IMG/VR virus record: IMGVR_UViG_3300005980_000006 | Coordinates: 1-41,378 of that record | Direction: 5' to 3' (one strand) | From: a virus | Lineage: Duplodnaviria > Caudoviricetes | DNA length: 41,378 nucleotides | Shown: piece by piece, positions 25,055-36,300 of the stretch | Layout: each line of letters opens with the position of its first letter | Position numbering within the stretch: the stretch's first letter is position 1 | Position numbers and translations under genes: made by a program | Notes under the pieces: generated by a model | Databases searched by the model: none | Seen by the model: only the letters and a program-made list of their open reading frames with translations | Told to the model about the DNA's origin: nothing

Positions 25055-27691
25055 ATGGCAGACAAAAGTATTGAATATAGCGTGACCGCTGACGGTACGC
25101 CGTTTGACGAGGCGATGAAGAAATCCGCCGCAACGGCGCAGCAAACTGCAAAAGATATTAGCAACAGCTTTAAATCTGTTGAATCGTCACTGCAACAAGT
25201 GGCTAACATGTTCAAATCTGTTACTGCAGTAATTGGTGGAATGACTGCAGCCATAGCAGGTGGTAAAGCATTTAAAGAAGTGATAGGCGCATCCAATGAG
25301 TGGACTGGCGAGGCTAAAAAACTCTCTGTGCAGTTGGGTGTCACTACTGAACGGGCCAGTGTCATGATGGTCGCGATGCGTAGTATGGGTATGGATAGTG
25401 AGGTTGTTACCCTTGCATCAGGCAAGATGGCTAAACAGATCGCAACTAACGGCCAGGCATTTGAAAAGCTTGGCGTGGCTGTAAAAGATAGTACGGGGCA
25501 ATATCGCCCATCGCTAGACATTATGGGTGAGGTCAACGCCAAGCTCAAAGAGATTAAAAATCCGATTGAGCAGAATATCGCTGGCACTCAGGTCTACGGA
25601 AAATCGTGGAATGATGTACGTGGCGTGATGCGTTTGACTTCGGAAGAAATTAAAGCTGCAGAACAAAAAACCAAGGATCTTGGCTTGGTTGTTGGTGATG
25701 AAGGCGTTGCGAATGCTAAAAAGTATAAAGAGTCAATTAACGATATGAAACTCATCATGACCTCGCTTGAAGTACAGCTTGGTGCGGCTGTGATTCCTGC
25801 TTTTGTCGCTCTTGGTTCATGGTTGAGTGGTGTTGGACCTACTATCGCAAAAGCCATGGGGGTTGCGATCACGTCGTTAACTAGCATATTCAATACGTTA
25901 TCTGAAACCGTGATGTCGGTGTGGGATGTGGTAGCAGATGGATTTTCTCAGATCGGACAGATCATCTCGGGCGTGATGGGTGGCACTGCGCCGGCGGCGA
26001 TGGAGTTCTTCGTCAACGTTTTAAAAGTTGTTGAAATGGCGTTTGTTGTCTTTAAGGTTGCTGTACAGACTGCTCTTGAAGCTGTTATGGCAAGTATCGA
26101 CATCACTCTTGCCACATTGATTCAAGTCGGTGCAGTGGCTGAGCGAGTTCTACATTTAGATTTTTCCGGCGCAAAAAAAGCGTGGGAAAACGGCACTAAA
26201 GAAATTGAAGGTGTATATAGAACCCACATGGATAGACTCGTCAAAATTGCCGAAGCTGGTAAGGTCAAGATGGATGACATCGCCGTACGATCATCGAAAA
26301 AAGATGCGCCGATTAAAGATAAAAAAATTGAAGGTGGACCCACCTATGATTTTAACGATGGAAAAGAAGATAAAGTTAAGTCGCGCATGCACGAATGGGA
26401 AGGCAAGCTAGGTGCTGATAAAGATGGCTTTGCAAAAGAACAAGCGATTGCTGGTACTGCAAGAGAATATAGCCATGCGCAAGAGCGCGACTATTGGAAA
26501 AACATCCTTGATACAGTGAAGATGAGTAAAGAGGAGCGTGGCCAGGTAGAGAAAAAATACTACGCTGAAACTGCGACAATTCGTAAAGAGACTTTCGAAA
26601 GTGAAATCGCTGGTGAAAAAGCGACGCTAGAAAATTTCAAGCATAACCATATCGAACGTGAAGCTATTGCGCAGCAAATCTACAAGCAAAATGTCGCCAG
26701 ATTTGGAGATGAAAGTAAAGAAGCAAAAGCGGCGTATGCGGAGGTTTTGAAAGAGCAACGTGCCTTTGCTGAGCAGTCATTAGCGACATCGAAAGTAATT
26801 TCTGATGCAAAGCGCAACGCTGCTCTCGCTGATATTGATACTGAGGAGCATAACGCTGAGTTTAGTTTATCTATGAATCAAATTACTCAGGCGCAATTAC
26901 TGGAAATGCAAGAGGGATTTGAGGCGAAACGGTATCAAATTAAGATGCAAGCACTCACTGAGCAGGAAGCAGCGATGCATGGTGGTGATGAGGATCCAAC
27001 GGCACTCGCTCAAATTCACGCACAAGTGGAAGCATTAGAGCAGCAACATCAGGCGAAACTTGGGGATATTAAAAAACGTCAGATTCAGGAAGAGCAAAAA
27101 TATAGACAGCAAATGTATAGCTCTATTGAGGGCGGTATGCAGCGTGTAATTACTGGTACGTTAAATGGCACTATAAAGATGAACAATATTCTTCAAAGTT
27201 CATTTCAGGTTGTTTATGGAGCGATGACGGACATGATAGGGAAAATGGCGATCGATTGGTTGAAGAATGCCATTTTCGGTAAAACGGTTCAGAGTGAAAC
27301 TGCTTTGAACAACATTACTGCAAATGCTGGTGTCGCAGGTTCTGCTGCTTGGGCGTCTATCGCTGCGATTCCTATCATTGGCCCTGAACTTGCTCCTGAA
27401 GCAGCGGCAGCAGCAGCAGCTGGTGCAATGTCCTTCGCGCCCATGGCATCCTTTGCCGTCGGTGCTTGGGATTTGCCACGCGACATGATCGCCCAGGTGC
27501 ATCAGGGCGAGACAATTTTGCCGAGGACGTTTGCTGAGGATTTCCGAAACAATGCTGGAAGTATGGGTGGTGGCAGTAGTGGACCAGCGGTTCATTATCA
27601 TGACTATTCAGGCAAATTGTCGCAGAGCGATATTAGACGCAACATTAAATTTATTGCTGATCAATTGAAGGATCATGCGAGGAAACAGTGA
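25055..27691 (+). CDS. Tail tape measure protein
   Basis: 878 aa helical, Ala-rich; C-terminal ASIAAIPIIGP, VHQGETILP. Confidence 0.92.
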   Translation: MADKSIEYSVTADGTPFDEAMKKSAATAQQTAKDISNSFKSVESSLQQVANMFKSVTAVIGGMTAAIAGGKAFKEVIGASNEWTGEAKKLSVQLGVTTERASVMMVAMRSMGMDSEVVTLASGKMAKQIATNGQAFEKLGVAVKDSTGQYRPSLDIMGEVNAKLKEIKNPIEQNIAGTQVYGKSWNDVRGVMRLTSEEIKAAEQKTKDLGLVVGDEGVANAKKYKESINDMKLIMTSLEVQLGAAVIPAFVALGSWLSGVGPTIAKAMGVAITSLTSIFNTLSETVMSVWDVVADGFSQIGQIISGVMGGTAPAAMEFFVNVLKVVEMAFVVFKVAVQTALEAVMASIDITLATLIQVGAVAERVLHLDFSGAKKAWENGTKEIEGVYRTHMDRLVKIAEAGKVKMDDIAVRSSKKDAPIKDKKIEGGPTYDFNDGKEDKVKSRMHEWEGKLGADKDGFAKEQAIAGTAREYSHAQERDYWKNILDTVKMSKEERGQVEKKYYAETATIRKETFESEIAGEKATLENFKHNHIEREAIAQQIYKQNVARFGDESKEAKAAYAEVLKEQRAFAEQSLATSKVISDAKRNAALADIDTEEHNAEFSLSMNQITQAQLLEMQEGFEAKRYQIKMQALTEQEAAMHGGDEDPTALAQIHAQVEALEQQHQAKLGDIKKRQIQEEQKYRQQMYSSIEGGMQRVITGTLNGTIKMNNILQSSFQVVYGAMTDMIGKMAIDWLKNAIFGKTVQSETALNNITANAGVAGSAAWASIAAIPIIGPELAPEAAAAAAAGAMSFAPMASFAVGAWDLPRDMIAQVHQGETILPRTFAEDFRNNAGSMGGGSSGPAVHYHDYSGKLSQSDIRRNIKFIADQLKDHARKQ

Positions 27692-28296
27692 TGAGTAATG
27701 CTATTTTCCCTGTGCTTCCTGGCTTGTCTTGGGGTACAGATTGGGCGCCGAAGTTCATCACCAAAATTCAGACAGCGACGTCTGGTAAAGAGTACCGGGC
27801 ATCGATGGCAAGTTCGCCGACGTACACATTCAAATTGAAATATGAATTTTTACGGTCTGCAAGTCGCCAAGAATTGCAAACGATGTTTGCGTTTTTCTTG
27901 GCGCGGCGGGGCTCTTTTGATAATTTTTTGTATTCATATCCTGACGATTGTAGTGTTACAGACCAGGTGATCGGTGTAGCTAACGGCTCGCAATTGAATT
28001 TTCAATTGGTACGTGGTTTCTCTGCTGATTTTGTTGAGCCAGTGCAAAATGTTAATCAGATCGTAAACATCAAAGTCAATGGTGTTCTGGTAAATGTGGG
28101 ATCTGATTGTACGGTCAGTCCCACTGGTATGGTGACGTTTTTGGTTGCGCCAAGAGCGGGGGTGATTACGTGGTCTGGTACGTACTATTACCGTGCTCGA
28201 TTCACGCAAGATTCGTTGGCGTTTACAACGATGCTGCAATTTTTGTATGAGTTGAAAAGCTTGGAAATGACAGCTTCCTTAGGGTTGAAAATATGA
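27691..28296 (+). CDS. Distal tail protein (DUF2460-like)
   Basis: SGKEYR, FFLARRG, ITWSGTYYYRARF. Confidence 0.82.
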   Translation: MSNAIFPVLPGLSWGTDWAPKFITKIQTATSGKEYRASMASSPTYTFKLKYEFLRSASRQELQTMFAFFLARRGSFDNFLYSYPDDCSVTDQVIGVANGSQLNFQLVRGFSADFVEPVQNVNQIVNIKVNGVLVNVGSDCTVSPTGMVTFLVAPRAGVITWSGTYYYRARFTQDSLAFTTMLQFLYELKSLEMTASLGLKI

Positions 28297-29141
28297 AGGC
28301 GCGATCTGCAAATTTACAAGCAATGCTAGATAGTGGTCTTTACGTTAAATGTAATCTTTTTACTGTAACGATGATCACTGGCCAGGTGTTCTATTGGACT
28401 GATGCTGACATCGATGTGACTGTATATGGTCAGGTCTATAGCAGCACTGGGCCAAGTATTAAAGGGGCGCATTTCCATTTGCAGCGTGGGTTGCAAGTTG
28501 ATACATTGACGCTTAATGTGATGACGCAACCTACGGATCTGCTGGGAGGTGTGACATGGGACGTCGCAGCGCGCTCTGGTGCACTTTACGGAATGATCAT
28601 CAAGATCGACAAAGCTTTTCTGCCTGCATGGGGCAGTCCTGGTGAGTCGCTTAATTTCTTCGTTGGCAAGGTTACGTCGTCGCAAGTTGGCGAATTGATT
28701 ATCACGTTGACTGTTGTGTCGGATGATGATTTTCTCAATACGCCAGTGCCGTTGCTGACGTTTCAGCCTGGGTGTGTTCGTGATCTTTATAGTGCTGGCT
28801 GCACTGTTGCCAGATCTGCGTTTAAGCGATCTTCGAATATTACTGCTGTCACCAATCGCATCAAATTTACGGCGACGTTACCCGATCCGGATGGCTGGTA
28901 TGCCCTTGGTGCGGTCACGTTTTTGAGCGGTCAGAACAGTGGGGTGCGTCGTTCTGTAAAAAGTTTTGTCGGTGGGTTGGTCGAGTTATCTAGTCCACTT
29001 GTTTTTGATCTTGCGCCTGGCGATGCTTTCACGATTGTGGCTGGTTGTGATCATACGCAAGCGATGTGTGCTTCAAAGTTCAATAATTCAGCGAACTTTA
29101 AAGGCACGCCATTTGTGCCGAAACCGGAGACCATGGTATGA
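28293..29141 (+). CDS. Baseplate hub / gpL-like protein (DUF2163, BR0599 type)
   Basis: C..LY...C and GCDHT...C..KFNN..NFKGTPFVP Fe-S-type motif. Confidence 0.88.
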   Translation: MKARSANLQAMLDSGLYVKCNLFTVTMITGQVFYWTDADIDVTVYGQVYSSTGPSIKGAHFHLQRGLQVDTLTLNVMTQPTDLLGGVTWDVAARSGALYGMIIKIDKAFLPAWGSPGESLNFFVGKVTSSQVGELIITLTVVSDDDFLNTPVPLLTFQPGCVRDLYSAGCTVARSAFKRSSNITAVTNRIKFTATLPDPDGWYALGAVTFLSGQNSGVRRSVKSFVGGLVELSSPLVFDLAPGDAFTIVAGCDHTQAMCASKFNNSANFKGTPFVPKPETMV

Positions 29142-29566
29142 CGCCAGAACAACAATCCGCCGTAGTTGCAGAGGCTAAAACATGGCTCCAAACACCGTAC
29201 CATCATCATGCTGACGTGAAGGGCGAGGGTGTGGACTGCGCGATGATATTAGTACGCGTTTATGGAGCCTGCGGTTTGATCCCTGAGATTGATCCCCGTC
29301 CTTATCCGCAGGATTGGCACTTGCATCGCGACGCTGAGCGGTATCTCGGTTGGGTTGAAAAGTATGCAGATCAGGTCGATGCGCCCGAGCCAGGAGATAT
29401 TGCCATGTTCCAGTTTGGGCGTTGTGTGGCGCATGCGGCGATTGTGATTGAATGGCCGATTGTGCTTCATGCGCTTGCTCAGCATCGAGAAGTCGTTTTG
29501 TCGGATATCAGTACTAGCGACCATTTTCGCGATCGTCTACGAGGGTTTTACAGATTAAGAGGATAA
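29138..29566 (+). CDS. NlpC/P60 tail-associated peptidase
   Basis: WLQTPYHH...GVDC...HAAI. Confidence 0.92.
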   Translation: MTPEQQSAVVAEAKTWLQTPYHHHADVKGEGVDCAMILVRVYGACGLIPEIDPRPYPQDWHLHRDAERYLGWVEKYADQVDAPEPGDIAMFQFGRCVAHAAIVIEWPIVLHALAQHREVVLSDISTSDHFRDRLRGFYRLRG

Positions 29567-29569
29567 AAA

Positions 29570-32500
29570 ATGTCAGGATTAATGGGTGGCGGATCGTCAA
29601 GTCAAAATGCAACAGCTATCGGGACGCTAAATCTTCAGACATCCTGCTACGGTAATCCTATTCCGTGGGCGTTCGGTACTGTTCGTGTTGCGCCAAACCT
29701 GATTCAATACGAGGACTTTACCTCTATTCCGCATCAGCAGTCGGGCGGTGGCAAGGGTGGGCATGCATCCGGAGGTACGACTTATACGTACACTGCAGCT
29801 GTGATTATGGCATTGACGCATGGTCCTATTGTCGGTGTGCCTAAAGCGTGGAAGGACAAGGATGTTTCAACGCTCGGCGATCTTGTGCTTGATCTTTATA
29901 CGGGGTCGTCTGCGCAAAATCCATATCCGTACATGCAAACGAAGCATCCAGATCGTGCGCTGGGATATCGCGGTATCAGTTATGTCGCCGGTGGTGCTTA
30001 TGACCTTGGGAATAACGCACAACTTGGCAACCATTCGTTTGAAGTGCAGACGTCTGCACGTATTGGTGGCCTCCCGGATGCAAACGTTGCTGATGTTATC
30101 AAATCGATTTTGACTGATCCGGAGCAGGGTTTGGGCCTACCTGCATCTAGCGTCGGTGATCTGACGCAGTTTTCAAATTTTTGTCTCGCGAATGGAATTT
30201 GGGTTAGTCCATTGTACAAAGAGCAAAAGCCTGCGTTTGAAAATATCAAGAACTTACTGCAGATCGGTTTTGCTGACTGCTATCGATCTAGTGGTGTTCT
30301 TAACGTTGTTCCTTATGCTGATTTTCCTGCCACAAGCACGTATGGCAATTTTGTGCCGGCACTGCCTGCGCCCTTGGTGATCGGTGAGGACGACATTTTA
30401 GACGTCGGAGATGATCCGCTATTGATGACGCAAAAGTCGCTGAGCGAATCGTTTAATCACGTGCAAGTCAAGTTTTCAGATCGATCTAACGATTACAACG
30501 ACAATATTGCAGAGGCAAAAGACTTCGCAGATATTGAGCAGTTTGGCATTCGTAGTATGCCTGTCGTAGATATGAAAGAAATCTGCGATCCAGCGACTGC
30601 GACAAAAGTAGCAGATTTTCTGTTGCATCGTAGTTTGTACATTCGCAATGAGTACGAGTTCAGTTTGCCGTGGAAATACTGCTATCTGGAGCCGATGGAC
30701 TTGCTCGCGATAACGTATCCGCGCAAAGGTCATGACGGTACTGTCGTGATGATTACTGAGATCACTGAAGACGAAGATGGCATGTTGACGGTGAAAGCGG
30801 AAGAGTATCCGTTGGGTACCAATAGTCATGCTATAAAGACGCCGCCAACGACCGATGGCTATACGCCTGATTTCAGCGTTGATCCGGGCGGCGCGTCTGA
30901 TCCGGTGATTTTTGAACCACCTCTTCAGCTGACAAACAACAATTCGCAAATCTGGATTGCGGCGTCTGGTGGTGCAAACTGGGGCGGTGCCGACGTGTGG
31001 GTGTCGACTGACAATGCGACGTATAAAAAAGTTGGGCGTATTCAGCAAAAGTCCCGCTACGGATACACGTCGTCGGCGATCGATGCGGTACCTGGTGTTG
31101 ATTCGGTAAGTAATCTGGGTGTGAATCTCGGCGGATCCTCTGGCGTTCTTTTGTCGGGCACCCAACAAGATGCGCAAAATTTGGTGACCGGCTGCTACGT
31201 GGGCGGCGAGTACTTGTCGTACGCAACTGCGCAGCTCACAAGTGCTAATAACTACAATCTGTCGTACTTAGTGCGTGGATGTTATGGAACAAGTAGCTTG
31301 GCTCACTCTGCAGGTGTTCCTTTCGTGCGTTTGGATGATGCGATTTTTTCTTATGACTATCCTGCTGAGTGGGTTGGTAAAACAATTTATATTAAGCTGG
31401 CCAGCTTTAATAGCTTCGGTAGTGCAGTGCAGGATATCTCGCAGGTTGAAGCGTATAGCCATACCCTGAGCGGCGGCCCCGTCGCATTGGCTACAGTGCT
31501 GAAAGCAGTGCCAAAGGTTTTCTCGATCGAGTTGGATTGGTCGATGCCGCCGACAGTTGATTATTTGCAGTCGACGGAGGTTTGGTATTCATTAACGCCT
31601 GATCGCGGATCAGCAAAGCTGCTGACGACTGTGGCAGCGCCGCAGGCGTCATTTGTAATGTCCGGTTTGGGTGCCGGTGTGGAGTTTTATTTCTGGATCC
31701 GCTTCGTTGATAAAAAAGGGAATATTGGTGATTTTTTCCCCAGCGGGGCGGGTGTTGATGGGCAGTCGAGTTCTGATGCAACGCAAATTCTTGAATATCT
31801 GAAAGATGGCATTACTAAATCTCAGCTTGCAAAAGACTTGCTTTCACAGATCCAATTAATATCTGATTTAGAGGTTGCAATTGCAGCGATGCCGCCCGGA
31901 TCGACATTGCAGCAAATGGTTGCGCAGCAGCAGAATCAGATTGCTGCCAGCGAGGCGTTGGCGGCATATCAGTTGATGTCTTTTGCTAGTGCCGACCAGG
32001 CATTGACGACAGCGAAGACTCAGTTGAAGTCGAAAATCGCGAATGCGCAGGCGCAGCTAGATGTGATTCAGCAGACTGTCGCAACGGAAAACTCTGCAAT
32101 GAGTCAGCAGATAACGCAACTGCAAGCAGTGGTTGGTGATAATCACTCGGCCATTTTGAGTGAGCAGCAGGCAAGGGCAACCGCTGATCAGTCTCTGGCG
32201 TTACAGATCACGCAGATGAGTACTGTTGTCGGACAGAATACGTCTGCTATACAAACAGAACAGCAAGCGAGATCAGATGCGGTTCAATCGCTAGCAACGC
32301 AGATTAGCCAAGTACAAGCGACGGCAGGTGATGCTTCAGCAGCAGTTCAGAATATCTCGTCGGCAGTGGCGAATATTAATGGACAACTATCTGCAACGGA
32401 GACGATTAAGACTCAGATTACGGAGGGTGGGAAGACGTACATTGCTGGCATCGGTCTGATGGTCGATAACTCCGGTGGCACGCCTGAGTCGGAAATCTTG

Positions 32501-32995
32501 CTTTCTGCGCAAAAAATTGCTTTTGTCGATGAAAGTACTGGGAACGTGACAGTGCCATTTGTTGTCGTGGGTGGTCAGACGTTTATTTCCCAGGCGTTTA
32601 TCGGAACCGCAAACGTCGATACGCTGCAAATCGCGGGCAATGCGGTAACCGTTCCGTTAAGTGCGACGATGAATACGACAATTGTTGGAAATTCATCATG
32701 GCAAAATATTTTGTCAATCACGATGCCAGCATCAGGCCAAGGCCAGAAGTTTCTGGGGATATTTTCAGCGCGCGCCAGCTACACAAATAACGGTGATGTG
32801 TATTTTCAAGTATTGAAAAATGGAAACGTATTTCAGACGTACGGTCATACTTTTGGCGGCGACGACTGGCCTAGCTTTCATTTTCCTGACGCGCTGGGCG
32901 TAGGAGAGAGCGCTACTTATACCGTGCAGTTTCTTGGTGGTAGCTTTATATCGATCTTTTTCGCGTCGATGTTTTGTATGGGAATTAAACGATGA
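29570..32995 (+). CDS. Tail tip / host-specificity protein (gpJ-like; FN3, coiled coil, DUF1983-like)
   Basis: YGNPIPWAFGTVRV, FYFWIRFVDKKGN, YIAGIGL...PFVVVGGQTFISQAFI. Confidence 0.9.
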   Translation: MSGLMGGGSSSQNATAIGTLNLQTSCYGNPIPWAFGTVRVAPNLIQYEDFTSIPHQQSGGGKGGHASGGTTYTYTAAVIMALTHGPIVGVPKAWKDKDVSTLGDLVLDLYTGSSAQNPYPYMQTKHPDRALGYRGISYVAGGAYDLGNNAQLGNHSFEVQTSARIGGLPDANVADVIKSILTDPEQGLGLPASSVGDLTQFSNFCLANGIWVSPLYKEQKPAFENIKNLLQIGFADCYRSSGVLNVVPYADFPATSTYGNFVPALPAPLVIGEDDILDVGDDPLLMTQKSLSESFNHVQVKFSDRSNDYNDNIAEAKDFADIEQFGIRSMPVVDMKEICDPATATKVADFLLHRSLYIRNEYEFSLPWKYCYLEPMDLLAITYPRKGHDGTVVMITEITEDEDGMLTVKAEEYPLGTNSHAIKTPPTTDGYTPDFSVDPGGASDPVIFEPPLQLTNNNSQIWIAASGGANWGGADVWVSTDNATYKKVGRIQQKSRYGYTSSAIDAVPGVDSVSNLGVNLGGSSGVLLSGTQQDAQNLVTGCYVGGEYLSYATAQLTSANNYNLSYLVRGCYGTSSLAHSAGVPFVRLDDAIFSYDYPAEWVGKTIYIKLASFNSFGSAVQDISQVEAYSHTLSGGPVALATVLKAVPKVFSIELDWSMPPTVDYLQSTEVWYSLTPDRGSAKLLTTVAAPQASFVMSGLGAGVEFYFWIRFVDKKGNIGDFFPSGAGVDGQSSSDATQILEYLKDGITKSQLAKDLLSQIQLISDLEVAIAAMPPGSTLQQMVAQQQNQIAASEALAAYQLMSFASADQALTTAKTQLKSKIANAQAQLDVIQQTVATENSAMSQQITQLQAVVGDNHSAILSEQQARATADQSLALQITQMSTVVGQNTSAIQTEQQARSDAVQSLATQISQVQATAGDASAAVQNISSAVANINGQLSATETIKTQITEGGKTYIAGIGLMVDNSGGTPESEILLSAQKIAFVDESTGNVTVPFVVVGGQTFISQAFIGTANVDTLQIAGNAVTVPLSATMNTTIVGNSSWQNILSITMPASGQGQKFLGIFSARASYTNNGDVYFQVLKNGNVFQTYGHTFGGDDWPSFHFPDALGVGESATYTVQFLGGSFISIFFASMFCMGIKR

Positions 32996-33294
32996 TTACT
33001 CAATATCACATTATTAAAGATGGGTATGTGATCGGAAGTGGAGAAAGTCACGAAGATCATCTCGATAAAGTGGTTACCTACGGCGGCGAATTGGTCGTTG
33101 GCGAAGCTCCTGCTGATCTTCCGCTACCTCCGGAGCCTGTAAAAACCTACGCTCAACTTCGTCGCTCAGAGTATCCATCGTCCTCCGATTTTGCTGACGC
33201 AATGTATTGGCGAGATCGTGGCGACGATACAAAATGGGCTCAGTATCTAGCTAAGTGTGACGAAGTAAAGCGAAAGTATCCAAAATCTCAATAA
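32992..33294 (+). CDS. Small tail-associated protein
   Basis: YAQLRRSEYP...VKRKYPK motif typical of fibre-adjacent proteins. Confidence 0.7.
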   Translation: MITQYHIIKDGYVIGSGESHEDHLDKVVTYGGELVVGEAPADLPLPPEPVKTYAQLRRSEYPSSSDFADAMYWRDRGDDTKWAQYLAKCDEVKRKYPKSQ

Positions 33295-33298
33295 ATAG

Positions 33299-33323
33299 AA
33301 ACCGCTTTTTAGCGGTTTTTTTT
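33299..33323 (+). terminator. Terminator
   Basis: AAACCGCT-tttt-AGCGGTTTTTTT. Confidence 0.7.
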
Positions 33324-33342
33324 CGTCTATAGGAAGTGAAAT

Positions 33343-36300
33343 ATGGCCTGGTACAAAACTGGAACAGTTTCAGTAACACAAGGTTCAGATGCGGTGCAAG
33401 GGGCCGGAACCGACTTTGTATCTAATACTGCAAAAGGAAATGGATTTGTCGGTCCGGATGGTGTGGTTTATGAGATTGATCAGATTATCGATCTTCAGAC
33501 TCTGCATCTTGCGAAGCAATACGGAGGTGTAACGGCTCAGGGTGCGGCATATTCAATTATGCCGACGCAGGCGTATATTCAGCAATTGACGCAGAGTGCG
33601 TCAGCGCTGTTGAATACTTTTGGGTCGTTTCGAGATGATTATTTGGCGGGCGATTTAGTTGGTAAGGGATTGCAGCTCAAAGGAGTGTTAAGTTCAAGTG
33701 CGCAGTTACCTAGTAGTCCAGCTGTTGGGGATGCTTATTTATTGAATGCTAGCATTTACGGGTGGAATGGCATTTCGTGGAATGATCAATCGATTAAAGG
33801 CGATCAAGGTGTTCCTGGTGACGTTACTCCTACGTATCTTGCGATGGGAAGCCAGGTTGCAAATGACGCTCAGCAAACTTCCGCTGATCGGGCAGCGACG
33901 TCTCAAAATGCACAAACTGCTAGTGCTGCAGCAATTACTGCGACGTCCCAGGCGACGTTAGCAACGACCAAAGCGAGCATCGCATCAGATGCTGCAAATG
34001 CGGCATCAGTAGCTGCGAGTAGTTTAGTTTCTGCGCTCTCATCTTTCCGATCAGTTTTTATTGGAGACTTGCCGTCCGCGCCAACTGTTGACGGTAACGG
34101 AAATCCGTTGCAGCCAGGCGTCGAGTATTTTGATACTACAAAAAATAAGCTTCAAATTTATACGAATAGTGCTTGGGGTGATTACGATCAAACTGCGCAA
34201 GCTGCGACAAATAATGCTGCGTTAAGTGCTAGTAATGCCGCATCGAGTGCAGCTTTAGCTCAATCGCAAGCAGCCGCTGCAACAGCAAGCCAAGCTTCTG
34301 CTACTGCATCAGCAGTAAGTGCTACAAGTTCAGCTGCCACAGCAACGACTGACGCCGGGATTGCTACAGTACAAGCGCAAATTGCAACTGCAGAAGCGGT
34401 TGCTGCGGCATCTGCAGCTTCTACAGCAACGACAGTAGTTGCGAAAATTACAGGGGTGAACGGCGCACAAGCTATTCCATATCAGTCACCGTTGCCGGCA
34501 AGTGTTCCGACAAATGTTTACGCAAAATTGCAAAATATTAGTGTTGACGTTGTAGCTGATTTTCTTGCTGATCCAACGGGAGCGAGTAGTTCGTTGGCTT
34601 CGCTTCAAGCGGCTAGTGATGCGTTGAAAGTTATTGGCGGCGTGATTCGTATTCCGCCCGGTACGTATATAGTTGAAAAACCGGTTTTGTTATGGCCAGG
34701 GGTTTCCATTGATGGGCCTGGTGCGGCTGCCGCTGCAATTGTGAAGACTACAAACTCTCCTGGTATTGGGTCCATAAAGTCGCCGAATGGTTACTCTGGC
34801 GGGGTGCTAAGTCTCGAAAGCTATGCTGTTGATTCAATTATTTCTATTGTTGCACCTGACAATAGCTATGCGTATAACACAAAGATATCAAATATTACGC
34901 TAAAGAGATCTTCGTACTCTGGATCGACGAGCTACGGAATTTACGCGCCGAGATTGTCCCACGCGGAATTTGGCTCACTACTAATCCAAAATGTTGGCGT
35001 TGGAATATTTTCATATAACTCATGGATGTGTCATTTCCGACGCATTACATGTCAGGCAGTCAACAGAGGTTTTTATTGGCAGAATGACGGTTCTGGTTCA
35101 GGTGCTGGGACGAGTACGACATTCGAGGCGTGCTGGGTTAATTTTGATAATACCGTGGCGCAACCTATTGTAGGATTCGATATATTCGGATTGACATATT
35201 CCGCGATGATTGGCTGTGGTTGCGACAATGGGATACAGTCAGGTAGTAGCACTACGCCAGTCGTTGCATATTCATTTAATTCGTGTGCAGGTATTCATTT
35301 AGTTGCATGTGCAACGGAGAATTTGAATGGTACGCCAATCGCATCATACTCATCTACGATTACGGTAACCTCGTTTCGAACTGGATCGATTACTGGGGCG
35401 GTGGGAGCAAATACGGCAGCGACGATTATTGCTGATTCAAATTCTAAAATGACGCTGATTGGTTGTTCGTTTTATCCGACGACGACCGCATCATCGACGT
35501 ATTACAACTGGCTGATCCAAAATGGGGCTAGCGTCATTGAGATAAATCCTGGATTATCGCCGACAGGTGGCAACACATTCACAAGTTATAGTGGAGGAGC
35601 TTCAAAGACTACAATTTTGAACGGAGTTACAACAGTATCGACGTCTATTGGTAGTTGCACGTCAGGAAAAGCGATAGACAACACGCCTATCGGTTCAACT
35701 ACACCATCATCAGTTGCTGCAACAACGGTCTCTGCGACGACCTCTTACGCGATATCTCCTGGATCTGGAGCGTGGGGAGCCAGCTATAAAGGCTTGCAAG
35801 TTGGAAATGGCGCCTTTGTAGTAAGCGGTGTCGTTCCGTTAGTTGCTGCGAATTATTACAACAATGGATTCGGTGATATTTATTCAACGTCTGCCGCCGC
35901 CTCTCGCTATTATCAGAGCAATGGCACACATTATTTTGCATTTGCATCTGTGGGGACCGTTGGAAATCCAGTAATTTGGAGTGTCCCTTATCAATTGGGA
36001 CCAAATTTATCAATATTGAATGTTCCAGTACAGGTTGGTCAGTTGCTCGGTGGGGGAGGTACTCCTGCAATTACAACTGGTGTAGGACTGGGAACGAATG
36101 GTACGTGTTCGGTGGCAGGAACATCTACAGCGATGACGTTGACTGCGAATGTCGGCACCGCTCCGACCGCAGGGTGGTTCGCTACTGTGACATTTAGCAT
36201 TCCATATGCCGCCGCGCCGCGAGTGATGATTTCCCCTGCAAATGCAGCAGCAGCGGCATTGACAGGTGGGCAAGCCATATACACTTATCTTGTAACTACA